A stretch of 64,000 nucleotides of DNA from IMG/VR virus record IMGVR_UViG_3300035490_000050, positions 72,455-136,454 of that record, one strand, 5' to 3'. The stretch comes from a virus. Below are positions 32,858 through 42,820 of the stretch, one piece after another (position 1 is the stretch's first letter; each line of letters opens with the position of its first letter). The position numbers and the translations under genes are program-made. The notes beneath the pieces are model-generated. The model made no database searches. It was given only the letters and a program-made list of their open reading frames with translations, and was not told where the DNA came from.

Positions 32858-33055
32858 TCTCTGCCTCCAAGGTTGTTCTTTGATGCGAACCTGCTCATTA
32901 GGCATCATTGGACACCCCCTCCGAACCCTTTGTCAAGTAGATAATCTTGATGCTTTGCATGTCGAGTGGGAACATTCTTCCTTCCGCGTCGCGGCATTTT
33001 GGACAGCATCCGTTGACTAGCTTTAGATCGTGCTCTTCGCAATAGGATTCGTATT

Positions 33056-33244
33056 TCATACCTCTCCCTTCAAAAGTTTCGCGTTGCGCTTCCTAGCCTC
33101 TCGCCGTGCTTGCAGGGATGCGTTAGCGCAGGTTCGGCATTCAAGTATCTTCTTGCCGTCTCGGATGCGTGTGATGAGGTTCTTGCCGCTTTTCCGGTGG
33201 CCTCGTTTGCAAAATAATGATGACTTCTTTGGTTTCCTAAGCAT
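33056..33244 (-). CDS. Small zinc-finger protein (CKRGH...CRTC)
   Basis: Leaderless promoter TTGACA-17-CAGAAT; motif like HNH accessory domain. Confidence 0.7.
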   Translation of the reverse strand: MLRKPKKSSLFCKRGHRKSGKNLITRIRDGKKILECRTCANASLQARREARKRNAKLLKGEV

Positions 33245-33297
33245 GGAATAATTCTGCGCCTTGTCTGGAAAGTTGTCAAGCGGAAAAGTGCAGGAAT

Positions 33298-33519
33298 TTA
33301 CGCGGCGATCTCGTCAAAGTCGAAGCCGAGTTGGGATACACGGAAGCCTTCGTCAAGGATGAGCATATCGGGATCGTGGCGAGTAGGATGACCAAGGTCG
33401 AGATCGTACCACTCGACTATTGCCTTGCCGGAGCGGTCAAAGCCGATAACGCACCCAGGATCGCCAGCTACCGCAATCTTTAGGTACACTCTATCGCCGA
33501 GATTGATCCTTGCGTCCAT
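33298..33519 (-). CDS. Small hypothetical protein
   Basis: Leaderless promoter TTGACA-17-CATACT. Confidence 0.6.
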   Translation of the reverse strand: MDARINLGDRVYLKIAVAGDPGCVIGFDRSGKAIVEWYDLDLGHPTRHDPDMLILDEGFRVSQLGFDFDEIAA

Positions 33520-33765
33520 TGCAAGCAGTATGCAAGGATTTTTTGTAAATGTCAAGCATTTTAACGAAATGCTTACAGAAAAGTAAGGATTCTTACTGCT
33601 TGCATCCGCATTCCCGGCAGACTTTCAGGTGTTCTCGCCGCCTCTGTAGGAGCATCTGAGCGGTTCTTTCCCATTCCTCAGCGCACTGGGTGCCTTCGTT
33701 GCATGACTTGGCGATGCGGCGACAGGTGATTTCCTCTAGTTCGAGGTATTGGCAGTGATTACACT

Positions 33766-34149
33766 TCATGCTGGCCTCTTGCAACCATTCCATCCCATCC
33801 TGGACTCGTGATCTTGCCACGATGAGACAGGCGAGTGGCAGTTCATGCAGTATTCCAGCGGCGGATAGCTGATGTGCTTTACTCGTGCCTCTCTGACCGC
33901 TAGAGGCTTGTGATAGGGGTCAACAGGCTTTGGCTTCTCCTTGCGCTCTGGGGGCGTCCTGGAGGCCGCAGGACGCGGTTTAGGCGGTGTACTGACCCAG
34001 CTTGTCAGTCCTAGTTTCTTGATTTGTTTCCTAACGCCTTCGGTAGAGCGTCCGATCTGGGTGCTGATGTACGGCGCAGAGAAGTGACCGGCGAGTTCCT
34101 TGAGTTGGTTGAGTTCAAAGTCAGACCACGGACTAAACTGATTTCCCAT
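33766..34149 (-). CDS. HTH/Myb-like DNA-binding protein
   Basis: WSDFELNQLKEL...IGRS..GVR....KLGL. Confidence 0.65.
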   Translation of the reverse strand: MGNQFSPWSDFELNQLKELAGHFSAPYISTQIGRSTEGVRKQIKKLGLTSWVSTPPKPRPAASRTPPERKEKPKPVDPYHKPLAVREARVKHISYPPLEYCMNCHSPVSSWQDHESRMGWNGCKRPA

Positions 34150-34351
34150 GACTAAAATAATCCCTTCGATTCCTTTGTGTCTGTATTTCCTGTCGGATTA
34201 TGACAATCCTTGTGTCTAATTCTACCATCACTTCCGATCTGCCACTTATGCCTTTTGCGAATTGGCATACCGCATAGAGAACATATCCTTCGGTTCGCTG
34301 GCTGTACGCCAACGTGCATGGGGCGGCTGCAATATGGGCATAGATCGGGTG

Positions 34352-36076
34352 TCATTTGAGCATATCCTCTACCATTTGAATCCTTTTTCCTATCCACGCC
34401 ACGCAAGGAACAGCGAAGCCGTTTCCGATCATTCGGTATCGCGGTCCATCTGATGACTTCTCCGTAATCTTTGTCCAACCGTCAGGTATGCCTTGTAACC
34501 GCTCACACTCTGTAGGAGTAAGACGGCGTACTTGCATCCCAGTGGATATGCCATGCACATCAGTTACGTTTAAGGTAAATGAGCAGTCTTCTTTGATTGT
34601 ACTTCCTTGCGAATTCTGTGAAGTCTTCCCCCCACCCTGTAACGCAAAGGCAACAGCGGGAGGATGATCTTGCGCCAAACTATCCGTTACTTCTTCGGAA
34701 TGAATTGGACCTTGAGCAGATGTTTGATTCGTCCTAAACGCAATCGTTGGCGCATCCGAACCTTTGGCGAGTGTATGACATGGATCGCCTACTTGCGGAT
34801 TGGAACGGTTTGTTTTGCTGGTTACTTGTGTCGTGTCAAAGGCAAGGATTTGTGTGCAAGGATCGGTATTTGATGTCAGTGCATCGGATTTATCTCCTTG
34901 AGGATCAACCTGTCCAGCCGCATTTGTACGATAGGCAAGATAAGTGGTCTGATGTGTTCCTGTTTCCGCTGAGAGCGATCCTGAAACCTCTCCTTCATCG
35001 CCTATTACTCTAACTTCATCTCTTGAGTTTTGAGTGAAGGCGACTGGAATAACATATCCAGAGTCTACCCCTTGATTACTTTGGAAGTTCCCTGCGTCGT
35101 GCCCGTTTGGTCCTGTATTGCAAGCCATAGTGCCGACTATATACGGTTGCTCATGTGTGGCGTTAAGAGCCAAGGCTTGATCTTCCGCAAAAGCAGCGTT
35201 AACCTGTCCATCGGTTGCATAAATAGGCTTGGATGTTAGTATGTGATGATCCCCTTTGAATGCTTCCTGATCGCCTAACCCCCACTTATCTCCGTAGTTT
35301 GCACAGAGACACGGAAATGTATCCTTACCGCTTCCAGTTGGGCCTACAGGAACAAATGCCCCTGCTCCGTCATGGTTCTGCCATCCTCGTTCTCCGCTTC
35401 CTCCTCCCAGAGTTCCAGCGACTTCAATGAGTCCTCCTCCGTTTCCATCAGAGGGATCGGGCCAGCCACGCTCTCCAGAGCCACCTTTAAGGCATCCGGC
35501 AACGCCTTTCCCCGCTTCTCTGCGCGGCGCAGGATACCCTGACAGGCTTTGGCGCTCAAATAGTACCGCTGCGGCACGACGCCAGTCTCCAAGATATCCG
35601 ACAACGAAGACCCTACGCCTTCGCTGTGGAACTCCGCAGTATTGAGCGTCAAGAATTCTGTAAGCGAACCCATACCCGAATTGCCCCAAGATTCGGAGAA
35701 AGGTTCCAAACGCTCGTCCTCCGTCAACCGACAGCACACCGGGAACGTTCTCCCAGACCAACCATCTGGGCCTGAGTCTCTCAGCAACCCTAGCGAACTC
35801 GATTGTGAGTTGACCACGATCTCCGTCCATTCCTGCTCTGAGACCGGCGACTGAGAAATCTTGACAAGGTGTTCCTCCGACCAAAAGGTCGATTGTTCCG
35901 ACATCTTCAACTCCGATCTTTGTAAAATCTCCCAAGTTAGGTACGTCTGGAAATCTTGCTTTAAGCACAGCGCAAGCAGAGGAATCTATTTCGCATACAG
36001 CCGCACACTCCCATCCTAGAGAAGTAAATGCTAACTCCGCACCACCTAATCCTGAGCAAACCGAAAGGTATCTCAT
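34352..36076 (-). CDS. dcm: C5 cytosine DNA methyltransferase
   Basis: CSGLGG, GGTPCQDFS, WENVPG, PQRRRRVF, RRLTPTECERLQG, GNG; long repetitive variable region. Confidence 0.95.
   Translation of the reverse strand: MRYLSVCSGLGGAELAFTSLGWECAAVCEIDSSACAVLKARFPDVPNLGDFTKIGVEDVGTIDLLVGGTPCQDFSVAGLRAGMDGDRGQLTIEFARVAERLRPRWLVWENVPGVLSVDGGRAFGTFLRILGQFGYGFAYRILDAQYCGVPQRRRRVFVVGYLGDWRRAAAVLFERQSLSGYPAPRREAGKGVAGCLKGGSGERGWPDPSDGNGGGLIEVAGTLGGGSGERGWQNHDGAGAFVPVGPTGSGKDTFPCLCANYGDKWGLGDQEAFKGDHHILTSKPIYATDGQVNAAFAEDQALALNATHEQPYIVGTMACNTGPNGHDAGNFQSNQGVDSGYVIPVAFTQNSRDEVRVIGDEGEVSGSLSAETGTHQTTYLAYRTNAAGQVDPQGDKSDALTSNTDPCTQILAFDTTQVTSKTNRSNPQVGDPCHTLAKGSDAPTIAFRTNQTSAQGPIHSEEVTDSLAQDHPPAVAFALQGGGKTSQNSQGSTIKEDCSFTLNVTDVHGISTGMQVRRLTPTECERLQGIPDGWTKITEKSSDGPRYRMIGNGFAVPCVAWIGKRIQMVEDMLK
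35344..35904 (-). CDS. Nested alternative-frame ORF within the methyltransferase
   Basis: GGAG RBS; SLSDILE...YYLSAKACQGILRRAEKRGK.LP motif. Confidence 0.6.
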   Translation of the reverse strand: MSEQSTFWSEEHLVKISQSPVSEQEWTEIVVNSQSSSLGLLRDSGPDGWSGRTFPVCCRLTEDERLEPFSESWGNSGMGSLTEFLTLNTAEFHSEGVGSSLSDILETGVVPQRYYLSAKACQGILRRAEKRGKALPDALKVALESVAGPIPLMETEEDSLKSLELWEEEAENEDGRTMTEQGHLFL

Positions 36077-36459
36077 GCAACCCCATAAAATCCGTGAGTT
36101 CTACTTCCACGAGCAGCGTTGCAAGTGGCGTGTGCAGCCGCAATGTTTTCCTGGCGGTCGTCTATAGACCCGGCTCCCATGCCACGGACTCGGATATGGT
36201 CTACTGTAGAGTCTGCCCAGTTTAAGTGAAGGTGGCAAATAGAGCACAGTTTCCCTTGTTTTTCCCATGCGATGCGCTTACGCTGCTGGTAAAGATCACG
36301 GCCTTCCTTGCAATTCTGATTGATTTTCGTTCTCCCATCTCGGAAGGTATGCTCAACTTCAATCTCTTTTTTCACTTCACATGGCCTCGGAATTGCTAGA
36401 GGTATCCTCTCAACAGGAGGCTTAGGTGGTTTACGCTTGATGTAGCCGCCACGCTTCAT
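36073..36459 (-). CDS. HNH endonuclease-like protein
   Basis: CSICH, STVDH, NI.AAH..CN..RG. Confidence 0.8.
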   Translation of the reverse strand: MKRGGYIKRKPPKPPVERIPLAIPRPCEVKKEIEVEHTFRDGRTKINQNCKEGRDLYQQRKRIAWEKQGKLCSICHLHLNWADSTVDHIRVRGMGAGSIDDRQENIAAAHATCNAARGSRTHGFYGVA

Positions 36460-36657
36460 GTCACTCTCTCGGTTTCTTATCTCCATAAACGTAAGCCTGT
36501 GCCATCGCAACGGACTGAATAGCCGAATGGATAGATTGAAGAGCGTTTTCGTAGAAACATTTAGCGGAGATGTTATTGTGAATGAATTCTTCTCCATGTG
36601 CTTGCGCTGCTACTTGCGCGTGGGCGCGAAGGAGAAGACCTGTTATGCTTTCATCGC

Positions 36658-36882
36658 TCATGCTCCAACTCCAAACTGGCTGTTGCTTGCAGCCTCTTCT
36701 TTCCTCAACTCTTCCGCGCAAGGAATACATAACGCGATACAGGTTTCAGGGTCGTAACTAGGTTTATCCATGCAATCAGGACAAACATCGTCACCACATT
36801 CTTTACACCACGCATAGGCGGTATATTCGACTGATTCCTTACCGCACTTATCGCAAACGGAATGAAACATCACTGTGCTCAT
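36658..36882 (-). CDS. Cys-rich small protein
   Basis: Four CxxC pairs. Confidence 0.55.
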   Translation of the reverse strand: MSTVMFHSVCDKCGKESVEYTAYAWCKECGDDVCPDCMDKPSYDPETCIALCIPCAEELRKEEAASNSQFGVGA

Positions 36883-37066
36883 GCTTGCCTTTCTCTAAAT
36901 CCCCACGGAGGGCGTCTGTCGAACATAGGTTCGTTGTGAGGTGTAGGAGGATCAACTGTAATCTCCTTAACCTCAAATAGTTTTGCGCAGGAACCGCAGA
37001 CGTAGAACTGTTCATCATGCTCATCACTCTTACGTTTACGGCGTATGACATTATGCGGACAGTTTC

Positions 37067-37372
37067 TCATTCCACTACCTCTTCCTCATCCTCTTGATAC
37101 TGTTCTTCGTCTCTCAATCTTTCCATCTCCCAATACTCCTGCCGCCTACGTTCGGCTCTGGCTTCTTCCTGACGGCGTTCCTCGCGTTCCTGTTCTTCTT
37201 TTTCCTCGCGGCGGCGCTCCTCTTCGCGTTCGGCTTGCCTATAGCCGTCCATGTAATCCCCATCAGGCGTATAGGATGATGCGTAACGATCACGGTTATA
37301 ATCCCTATGCCCGCGTCTTTCAAAGTCACGTTGACCTTGAGCATAATCTGAACCCCATCCATATCTGCTCAT
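37067..37372 (-). CDS. Arg/Glu-rich hypothetical protein
   Basis: GGAGG RBS; charged helix. Confidence 0.6.
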   Translation of the reverse strand: MSRYGWGSDYAQGQRDFERRGHRDYNRDRYASSYTPDGDYMDGYRQAEREEERRREEKEEQEREERRQEEARAERRRQEYWEMERLRDEEQYQEDEEEVVE

Positions 37373-37821
37373 GCTACTACCTCCATTTCTTGCACCACAA
37401 GACGCTCCGGCGCTACGCCCTTCTTCCATCCCTTGTGCGGCCCACGTCGCCGCTGGACCATAATCCTGATGCGCTCAAGCAAATCAGCCATTGATGGTTT
37501 ATGCATCACTGCATCGGCTAAACATCCTGTCACATCTGCTCCTTTATCGTATAGGACTACTGTCGGCATCCTATCGTCAATAGCCTTTGCATGGCTTAGG
37601 AGCGATTCCAGGGACGCGACAGGACACTGACAGAGCATCAAGTCGTATTGGTTCCTCCTGAGCCATCCTAGCGCCTCTTGTGCTGTGTTTGCTGAGGTAA
37701 CAGTATAGACGCGCCCTTTCTTATCCAGCGGCTCTGGCTGTGAATTGGACAGGACATAGCGGAGAGGACCGAGTGTGTCGTCGTTCTCACCTACGAGCAA
37801 AATCGTTCGTGCTGGGCGCAT
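37369..37821 (-). CDS. Response-regulator receiver-like protein
   Basis: TILLV, TAQEAL, YDLML, KP..ADLLERIR; acidic pocket degenerate. Confidence 0.7.
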   Translation of the reverse strand: MRPARTILLVGENDDTLGPLRYVLSNSQPEPLDKKGRVYTVTSANTAQEALGWLRRNQYDLMLCQCPVASLESLLSHAKAIDDRMPTVVLYDKGADVTGCLADAVMHKPSMADLLERIRIMVQRRRGPHKGWKKGVAPERLVVQEMEVVA

Positions 37822-37823
37822 CT

Positions 37824-38573
37824 TTACTCCCCTGGAAACTCGCGGATTAGTAATTCGGCTGGGATTAACCTTGCACCTTCTTCTGGAGTTCGTGCCCCGA
37901 ACTGCTTCATGAAAAACTTCGTTCCACGCTCTGCACATTCCTTTTGAATGTTTTCAACCCAATATTTCTCCATGGGTCTACGATTTGCACCGCTTTCCGC
38001 ACCACAAATCAACCAATCAAGTTGCCAGTTTGGACGAGTGCTTAAAGTTAGGGGTCCAAGAGCAGGTTCGTAGCTGATAAATGCAACCGTCCCGCGATCA
38101 ATACTCGCGTCAATTAAATGATCGGCACGAATCTCGAAATTCTTTTGGTTCTCAGCACTCATGCCAAGCCACACATTACAATACTTGAACTCTTTCGGCA
38201 GGTAGCGCATGTACCGCTGTGGTCGCTTGGTTAGCAGTTGCCAAATAAGATTAGGAGTGTTGTCAATCAACTCCCATAACCTTTCCCGCTGACCAGCAGG
38301 AGCTTCGTCGTCCATCACATCGGCCATCGATGCACAGAATACTTTATGCTTGACTCCTTCCTTTTCGGCGTTAGCGTTCCACCGCAAAGGTTGCCTCCAA
38401 TACGCATCACTCATTACCTTACGGGATACGCCCTTTCCCCAGTGCGGATCGCCGCCCCAACGTGCGTCAAGGACACGGGCATAGCAATTGTCGCAGCCAG
38501 GAGATACCTCAGTACAACCATGCCACGGATTCATCGTGTGCGTCGTCCAACTTATACCAGTTTTTTCACCCAT
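37824..38573 (-). CDS. DUF5131 / Gp37Gp68 family protein
   Basis: TGISWT..T.NPWHGCTEVSPGCDNCYA, LLTKRP, SYEPALG, GAESG, FFMKQ. Confidence 0.92.
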   Translation of the reverse strand: MGEKTGISWTTHTMNPWHGCTEVSPGCDNCYARVLDARWGGDPHWGKGVSRKVMSDAYWRQPLRWNANAEKEGVKHKVFCASMADVMDDEAPAGQRERLWELIDNTPNLIWQLLTKRPQRYMRYLPKEFKYCNVWLGMSAENQKNFEIRADHLIDASIDRGTVAFISYEPALGPLTLSTRPNWQLDWLICGAESGANRRPMEKYWVENIQKECAERGTKFFMKQFGARTPEEGARLIPAELLIREFPGE

Positions 38574-38781
38574 TCTGTTTCCTCGCTTCTAAAAGTCTGC
38601 GGCAGTGACGTATTCTCCGCTGTCCCGAATCCGTGCAGCAATGCTCCCCTACCTCAGCACCGCAGGATTTGAGCGGACAGGCTACAGAAAGTGCTTCTAA
38701 ATCCTCTCGGTCCATACGTGCATTAAACTCGTTGATTCCTTCTTCGTCTGTGCATAGTGCGGAATGTCTCAATGTGCGCTC

Positions 38782-40659
38782 CTAATCGTTGTTGTAAGGC
38801 ATTCGCGGTTGAACCTCAGTTGAAGATTTAACGCGCCCGTTACCATTTCCATTGCCATTATTATGCCTCTCGATTTTCTCTACCAATAGAATCCGGGATT
38901 GATTTTTGTCGTCCGATTGCCAATACTTCACTGAGCGTGGAGCTATTAACCCCTGAGCTTTGGTTTTTATGGTCACTGTCTTCAAAGATTCATCTATGGG
39001 GTCTTGTTCGAGTTTACAGATGAAGTCTGCCCAACCCTCAATCGTTGTAGAACCACGCGAGTTTCCTGTACGCCCAAGGTGATGAATAACACATATCTGA
39101 GAACCAGACAATGCTGCCAGTTCATCAAATTTTATCATCACTTTGGTCATATCGTCAGTAGAATTTTCATTTTGGAAATGCAGCCTATTCAACACATCGA
39201 CTACACAGAATTCTACTCTTCCCGCCTTTAACCATTGCGCCATCTCCTCAAGTTCTTTTTGTGAGTCAATATGAAAACTGGAAGACTGTTTCACGGTATT
39301 CACAAGGATGTACGGATTTACTTGCTCAAGACTCAAACCTCTACCTGCCGCAAGTTGTGTAAGTCTTCTCTTGACTAACTCTGGCCCATCCTCTCTGCTG
39401 ATAATAGCCGTCCTGATTGGATGATTGGAAGGCTCTACACCAAGGAATCTAGTTTGCGATGCAAGGGACACACACATATCGAGGAATAGAAGCGACTTCC
39501 CAACCTTCGGCGGAGCAACAACCAAGCCGCGTTGCCCACGCTCAATCAACCCATCTACTAGCCAATCAACCTGTGGCTTTGTTTCTCTTCCTGTTAGCTC
39601 GACAGGATGAACTAACACCACACGAGGTTCGTTCCTGTCTCCTACTTTTGTTTCCTTTGGTTTCGCAACCTCCCACTTCTTTAAGCTAGTCTCCATCAGT
39701 TTAATCAAATCTTCTATCGTGTGATCTTTGAGATAATCTGAAATGTCCTCTTTCTCTCCAACAGGTAATTCTAGCGTGTAGAGTTGCAGAGCATACTTGG
39801 CAACGTCTTTGCATACAGCGGCGTCATGTAGGCGACCAGGAGCATCGTTATCGCCGAGTTTAACTACCACTTTCCCGGTGAAGTATTTTCCGTATTCGTA
39901 TTCCAGCTTCCATCCTGACGAACCTCCCATGTTCGTTGTAACACCTACGCGGTCAAGAAGTAGGTTTGCAATCTTAAAACCGTTTGTGCGTGAGATGTAG
40001 AGCGCCAACGCACGGCTCAGGTTATTTACGTCTTTCTCGCCTTCTACCACAAAGCAGAAACTAGACTGGATAATGTCTGGAAGCCTGTACAGGACTCTCC
40101 GAACATCCTTGGCACCCCATACCCTACCATCCACGCAACCAGCCTCACATTCGGCGTCAGGATTCCTTTGGCAAGCACAGGCGTGATCTGGCGGCGTTAC
40201 CTTATTCCCGCTGCGGTCTACGAACCTCCAAACGCGATACAATTCCCTTCCTAGTTCATCTTGATAAACGTAGTAATCCTGCGCTTGCTTGCGATCCCAT
40301 CCGGTTCCTTTTGCCTTATTCGGAATGTCTTCTTGGTAAACCCTGCTGACGAACGGTGTTCCTAGCACCGTATGAATCGACTCAGTGACCTTCCCTGCCT
40401 CCGGCGCTTGACCTGAATTGCTTTCATGGCGGAGAAGTACCTGTTCAAAAGAATAAATCCCTCCGCCTTTTTCTTGGCATGAAAAACAACAAAACCCTCC
40501 AGTCGCAATATCTACCCAAAGCGAATTAGGATTATCCCCGCCATGCAGGATACACCGCGACCTCCACTCGTTTCCCTTGACGTGATGAAATCCTGCACGG
40601 TCAAGCCGGATGCGGTAATACTGCTCGATTTCGGATTGAGTAAACTGACTAAGAGACAT
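38782..40659 (-). CDS. Primase-helicase (zinc finger, TOPRIM, RepA/AAA_25 helicase)
   Basis: CILH..CFSC, VVEGEKD, DND..G, KEDISD, APPKVGKS, VVD, IHH..RGS. Confidence 0.9.
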   Translation of the reverse strand: MSLSQFTQSEIEQYYRIRLDRAGFHHVKGNEWRSRCILHGGDNPNSLWVDIATGGFCCFSCQEKGGGIYSFEQVLLRHESNSGQAPEAGKVTESIHTVLGTPFVSRVYQEDIPNKAKGTGWDRKQAQDYYVYQDELGRELYRVWRFVDRSGNKVTPPDHACACQRNPDAECEAGCVDGRVWGAKDVRRVLYRLPDIIQSSFCFVVEGEKDVNNLSRALALYISRTNGFKIANLLLDRVGVTTNMGGSSGWKLEYEYGKYFTGKVVVKLGDNDAPGRLHDAAVCKDVAKYALQLYTLELPVGEKEDISDYLKDHTIEDLIKLMETSLKKWEVAKPKETKVGDRNEPRVVLVHPVELTGRETKPQVDWLVDGLIERGQRGLVVAPPKVGKSLLFLDMCVSLASQTRFLGVEPSNHPIRTAIISREDGPELVKRRLTQLAAGRGLSLEQVNPYILVNTVKQSSSFHIDSQKELEEMAQWLKAGRVEFCVVDVLNRLHFQNENSTDDMTKVMIKFDELAALSGSQICVIHHLGRTGNSRGSTTIEGWADFICKLEQDPIDESLKTVTIKTKAQGLIAPRSVKYWQSDDKNQSRILLVEKIERHNNGNGNGNGRVKSSTEVQPRMPYNND

Positions 40660-41488
40660 GAATCCCTGTGTCTTTCCAGAACTCCTGTGGCGAAACTTCC
40701 ACAATGTCGTATTGCGGCGGCGGCTTCAAATCGTCATCTTCGTATCGCCCTTGATTAAACCAAGTAGCCGGGTGAGGAATAAATTCCTTTTCTAGTTTTC
40801 CATCAGCAATTCTCTTTGCCGTCTGAGCAGCGTAAGCCTGTACGATGGGAAGGAGTACATCAAAAGGTTTTTCTTTTAATGCCTTTTCGATTGCCTTACG
40901 CGCTGCTTTTGGAGCGGTGTGACGGGGGTAGGCTTTATAAAGAGCATCAATTTCTTCGCCTGTAGATGCTGTTTGTTTTTTTGTATTTGTTAATGTACCT
41001 GTTATTGTGTTGGCAGAGCGTGACGGTGTGCCATTAGTCACCGTATGGTCACCGTCTTGATTGTCTTCGGTGACTGTAGAAAATAAACGCGGTGACCGTA
41101 TTTCTGTGGTTTTTATTGCCGCAGCCTTTCTTGCTTCAAATATTCTTTTTGCTTCTCTCCATTCTTCATAGCAGACGCTATTCCGCAATCTTCCATTGCC
41201 GCTTACAGGAAAAAATTTACGCAAAATACGAGCGCCGCATTTTTCCCAAAGATCATCGCCAAGTCCGCTAGTTTCTGCTAAATCGAGAGGATCGGAAGAA
41301 ATCGTACAATCTTCGCTTTGCCATGAAGCCATCAAAAGGCGAAGGTATCCCATCTGGGCGGATGGAGACATGGCTTGAACAGCAGGACTACCTAAGAAGC
41401 GGTCAATATGGAGCGGCATCCATTGTTGCCATTTTGCGGACAAAATATTCCCCCTTTTCCCTAATGACAGGGAAATCCTCATAGCCAA
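40649..41488 (-). CDS. DUF1376/YdaU-type replication initiator
   Basis: WMPLHIDRFL..MS....GY.RLL..SW; YPR; FIPHPATWFNQGRYED; start uncertain. Confidence 0.82.
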   Translation of the reverse strand: MAMRISLSLGKRGNILSAKWQQWMPLHIDRFLGSPAVQAMSPSAQMGYLRLLMASWQSEDCTISSDPLDLAETSGLGDDLWEKCGARILRKFFPVSGNGRLRNSVCYEEWREAKRIFEARKAAAIKTTEIRSPRLFSTVTEDNQDGDHTVTNGTPSRSANTITGTLTNTKKQTASTGEEIDALYKAYPRHTAPKAARKAIEKALKEKPFDVLLPIVQAYAAQTAKRIADGKLEKEFIPHPATWFNQGRYEDDDLKPPPQYDIVEVSPQEFWKDTGIHVS

Positions 41489-41620
41489 AATTCCGCAGCC
41501 GTTGAAAAGGTATCCGAACAGCGCCGTTCTATCTTGAAGGTGGTTGGGGCCAGTCTGGGCAACCGGCCCCCAGACCTGTTCGGATAGAGGGCATCCAAGG
41601 GAGCTACCCCGGACATCACC

Positions 41621-41838
41621 ACCCTATCGAATCCTCTGCGGTTTGTCAAGAACTTTTTTTGCGCAAAATTTCTCACAAGTCTTTTGCTTTCATATTCCTG
41701 CGCCTTTATGCGTTCTGTAAGCGCCGCTAGGAATATCGTTTTTGTAGGTGTAATTGATTTTCGCAAACCATAGAAAACAAAGGATGATAAAAATAATTCA
41801 ATTCCATGCTTGACAAAGGCGGAAACAGGGTATACCGT
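41621..41838. promoter_or_regulatory. Divergent promoters at the major strand switch
   Basis: Minus TTGACA(41649)-17-TAGGGT; plus TTGACA(41810)-17-TACCGT. Confidence 0.7.
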
Positions 41839-42054
41839 AATCACAATCGACCGGGAGGGAGAGAAATGCCAGAATACCTGAAAGCGTTTCTATCGGGCCT
41901 GACGCCGGAGCAGGCGGATGAGGTGTGGCTGTGGTTTGACGGAAACCCTAATGCGGTAGGAGAGATGATCGAAGTGGTAGCTCCTATCGCGCAGCCGGAA
42001 GAAGTGCCGTTTAGCGAGAAAATCGCGCTGGGGTAATAGTAGGGGAGAACGAGG

Positions 42055-42387
42055 ATGCCAAAGGAAGAATGGCTTACTTATGAGCGGGAGTGGAGTGGGT
42101 CTGTAATGCGGGTCACTCAATTAAGCACAGAGCCGCGTCCACGCACAGGATTCAGCCAGCCGCCGCGTCCGGCAACCAAGGTTGAGATCACAGAAGAAAA
42201 GGCGAAGCGGGCGAAACGAGAGCAAGATCGTGTTCTGCGGGCGAAATTTGAGGAGCGGCAGGATTATAAGGATGCCAAAGCAATCCACGACATTCTTGAG
42301 TGGATGGAACCTAACAGCCATCCTCTTGACCGCCTTACGCCTGCTGAGTGGGCAGAACTGAGACGGAGGTTGACCGATGGCCGCTGA
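42055..42387 (+). CDS. Hypothetical protein
   Basis: RBS, coupled run. Confidence 0.6.
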   Translation: MPKEEWLTYEREWSGSVMRVTQLSTEPRPRTGFSQPPRPATKVEITEEKAKRAKREQDRVLRAKFEERQDYKDAKAIHDILEWMEPNSHPLDRLTPAEWAELRRRLTDGR

Positions 42388-42820
42388 TTTACATATTCAC
42401 ATCTACGAGGGAATCACGGAAGCCGATCTAGCAGACTTCAATTCCAATGTCATAGGGTCAAAGTGGTTTGCTGGGTTTGGACTGATACCTCGTGGAAAAA
42501 GGACTTACGAGGAACAGTTTGGTCCGGGGTCTGTCCATCAACGCATCACTGATACTCCTAACGTTTGGGTAGGAGAGGTTAGCTGGCTCAAGGCAAAACT
42601 AACAGGAGACAATGAATCATTTATTCCTGACGTAGTAGGGAAAATCAACGAACTAATCGGTGAGGATTTGCCAGTCATCGACGATGATTTTCTGGACAAG
42701 GTTCGTGCGATTTATGCAGCAGCAAAGGAGCATGAGCATTACGGCGTAGCAGCGGAAAAAGACGTACTCCCGTTCTTGGAAGCAAACAAAGGCAAACAGG
42801 TATTCACGATTTCGTGGTGA
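42377..42820 (+). CDS. Hypothetical protein
   Basis: GGAGG RBS. Confidence 0.65.
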   Translation: MAADLHIHIYEGITEADLADFNSNVIGSKWFAGFGLIPRGKRTYEEQFGPGSVHQRITDTPNVWVGEVSWLKAKLTGDNESFIPDVVGKINELIGEDLPVIDDDFLDKVRAIYAAAKEHEHYGVAAEKDVLPFLEANKGKQVFTISW

